A stretch of DNA of 64,000 nt, taken from a bacterium (GTDB taxonomy: Bacteria; Patescibacteriota; SICC01). The stretch lies in assembly GCA_030699935.1 (NCBI GenBank), contig JAUYKS010000002.1, positions 81 through 64,080 on the forward strand, read 5' to 3'. A program made the translations under genes and the position numbers. This document shows positions 63,151 through 64,000 of the stretch, in pieces. Position 1 is the first letter of the stretch, and every line of letters begins with the position of its first letter. The notes beneath the pieces are model-generated. The model searched no databases. It saw only the letters and a list, made by a program, of their open reading frames with translations, and was not told the origin of the DNA.

Positions 63151-64000
63151 CATGCCCGCTCCCCGTCCCAAGCTGGTCCTGATCGACGCCCACGCCCTGA
63201 TCCATCGGGCGTTCCACGCGATCCCGTTCCTGGCCAAGCGGGACGGCGAACTGACCAACGCGGTGTACGGATTCACCGCGACGGTGCTGTCGGTGCTGAA
63301 GGAACTCCGGCCGGAATACGTGGCGGTGAGCTTCGACCTGCCCGAGCCGACGTTCCGCCACAAGAAATATGAGGATTACAAAGCGACACGTCAGAAGGCG
63401 CCGGACGAACTGCGCTCGCAGTTCGGGCGGGTGCGGGAAGTGGTCGACGCGCTCGGCATGCCCGTGTTCGAGCAAGCCGGCTACGAGGCGGACGACGTAC
63501 TCGGCTCATTGGCCAAGCAGTTCAGCCGGAAGCACGACCTCGACGCGTACATCGTCACCGGCGACAAGGACACGCTGCAGCTCGTCGACGACCGTGTCCG
63601 GATATTCACGCTGCGGAAGGGCATCAAGGACACCGTCATCTACGATCCGGAGCGGCTCAAGGAGGAGACCGGCCTGACGCCGGAGGAATTCGTCGAGTAT
63701 AAGGCGCTCAAGGGCGACCCGTCCGACAACATCCCCGGCGTGCCGGGCATCGGTGACAAGACGGCGACGATCCTGGTCCAGAAGTATCGGGACCTAGAGG
63801 GACTCTATAAGATCCTCGGCGAGGATCCGGCCAAGCATCCCGACATCAAGCCGAAGGTCCGCGCCAACCTGGCGGAGTTCAAGGAGCAGGCGTTCCTGTC
63901 CCGCGAACTGTCGCTGATCGTCACCGACCTGAAGTTGAAGTTCAATTTGAAGGACTGCACGATCCACGACTTCGACGTCGAGACGGCGCTGAAGTTGTTC
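63151..64000 (+). CDS. polA: DNA polymerase I, N-terminal 5'-3' exonuclease domain (3' end outside window)
   Basis: KLVLIDAHALIHRAFHA.., ..GYEADDVLGS.., ..LKGDPSDNIPGVPGIGDKTA.. (FEN/5'-nuclease motifs). Confidence 0.9.

Noticed and set aside
1-64000. CRISPR arrays, rRNA genes, integrase/transposase genes, and T-box leaders upstream of trpS and valS
   Set aside because: No regularly spaced direct repeats, no rRNA-like conserved stretches and no recombinase-like ORFs were seen. The trpS and valS upstream spacers (~20 and ~40 bp) are too short for T-box riboswitches.

Overview
High-GC (~65-68%) bacterial chromosomal segment, tightly packed with many short genes. It spans the replication origin: dnaA-dnaN-(extra ORF)-recF-DUF721 on the minus strand, diverging from rpmH-rnpA-yidD-yidC-jag on the plus strand, with DnaA-box-like motifs on both sides of dnaA. 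Upstream of the origin lies a 5-gene operon of N-terminally membrane-anchored exported proteins (MltB-like lytic transglycosylase, VanY-like M15 peptidase, a possible LAS-type peptidase, two NTF2-like-sized proteins) and a DarA-like c-di-AMP receptor. Downstream lies a ~20 kb cell-surface glycan biosynthesis cluster: three O-antigen-ligase/Wzy-like paralogs, a Wzx-like flippase, seven or more GT1/GT2 glycosyltransferases, two SAM methyltransferases, a sugar-1-P nucleotidyltransferase, and an Arn-like lipid-linked-sugar module (EamA-like flippase subunit, polyprenol-P GT2, DUF2304, two GT-C enzymes, a sulfatase/LtaS-like protein) sitting in a lower-GC block. Further along are VanW, ComFC, an NTase-fold protein, trpS, an EEP nuclease/phosphatase, aldose epimerase, GH15 hydrolase and phosphomannomutase. 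A tRNA-punctuated variable region follows (tRNA-Ser x3, tRNA-Arg x2, two GNATs, an orphan MazF/PemK-like toxin, a Cys-rich small protein, small hypotheticals). After that come pilB/gspE, a SpoIID-like protein, a CDP-alcohol phosphatidyltransferase, a TPR protein, valS, a large polytopic membrane protein, tsaD, a CYTH protein, FemAB, a VanX-like M15 dipeptidase, a MurE-like ligase, and the 5' end of polA. The most unusual sequence-level signal is a ~105-bp conserved element built around a 16-bp perfect inverted repeat, present in two intergenic copies (about 10.4 kb and 41.4 kb). No CRISPR array, rRNA or obvious transposase was seen. Many long ORFs in the six-frame track are GC-driven antisense artefacts.
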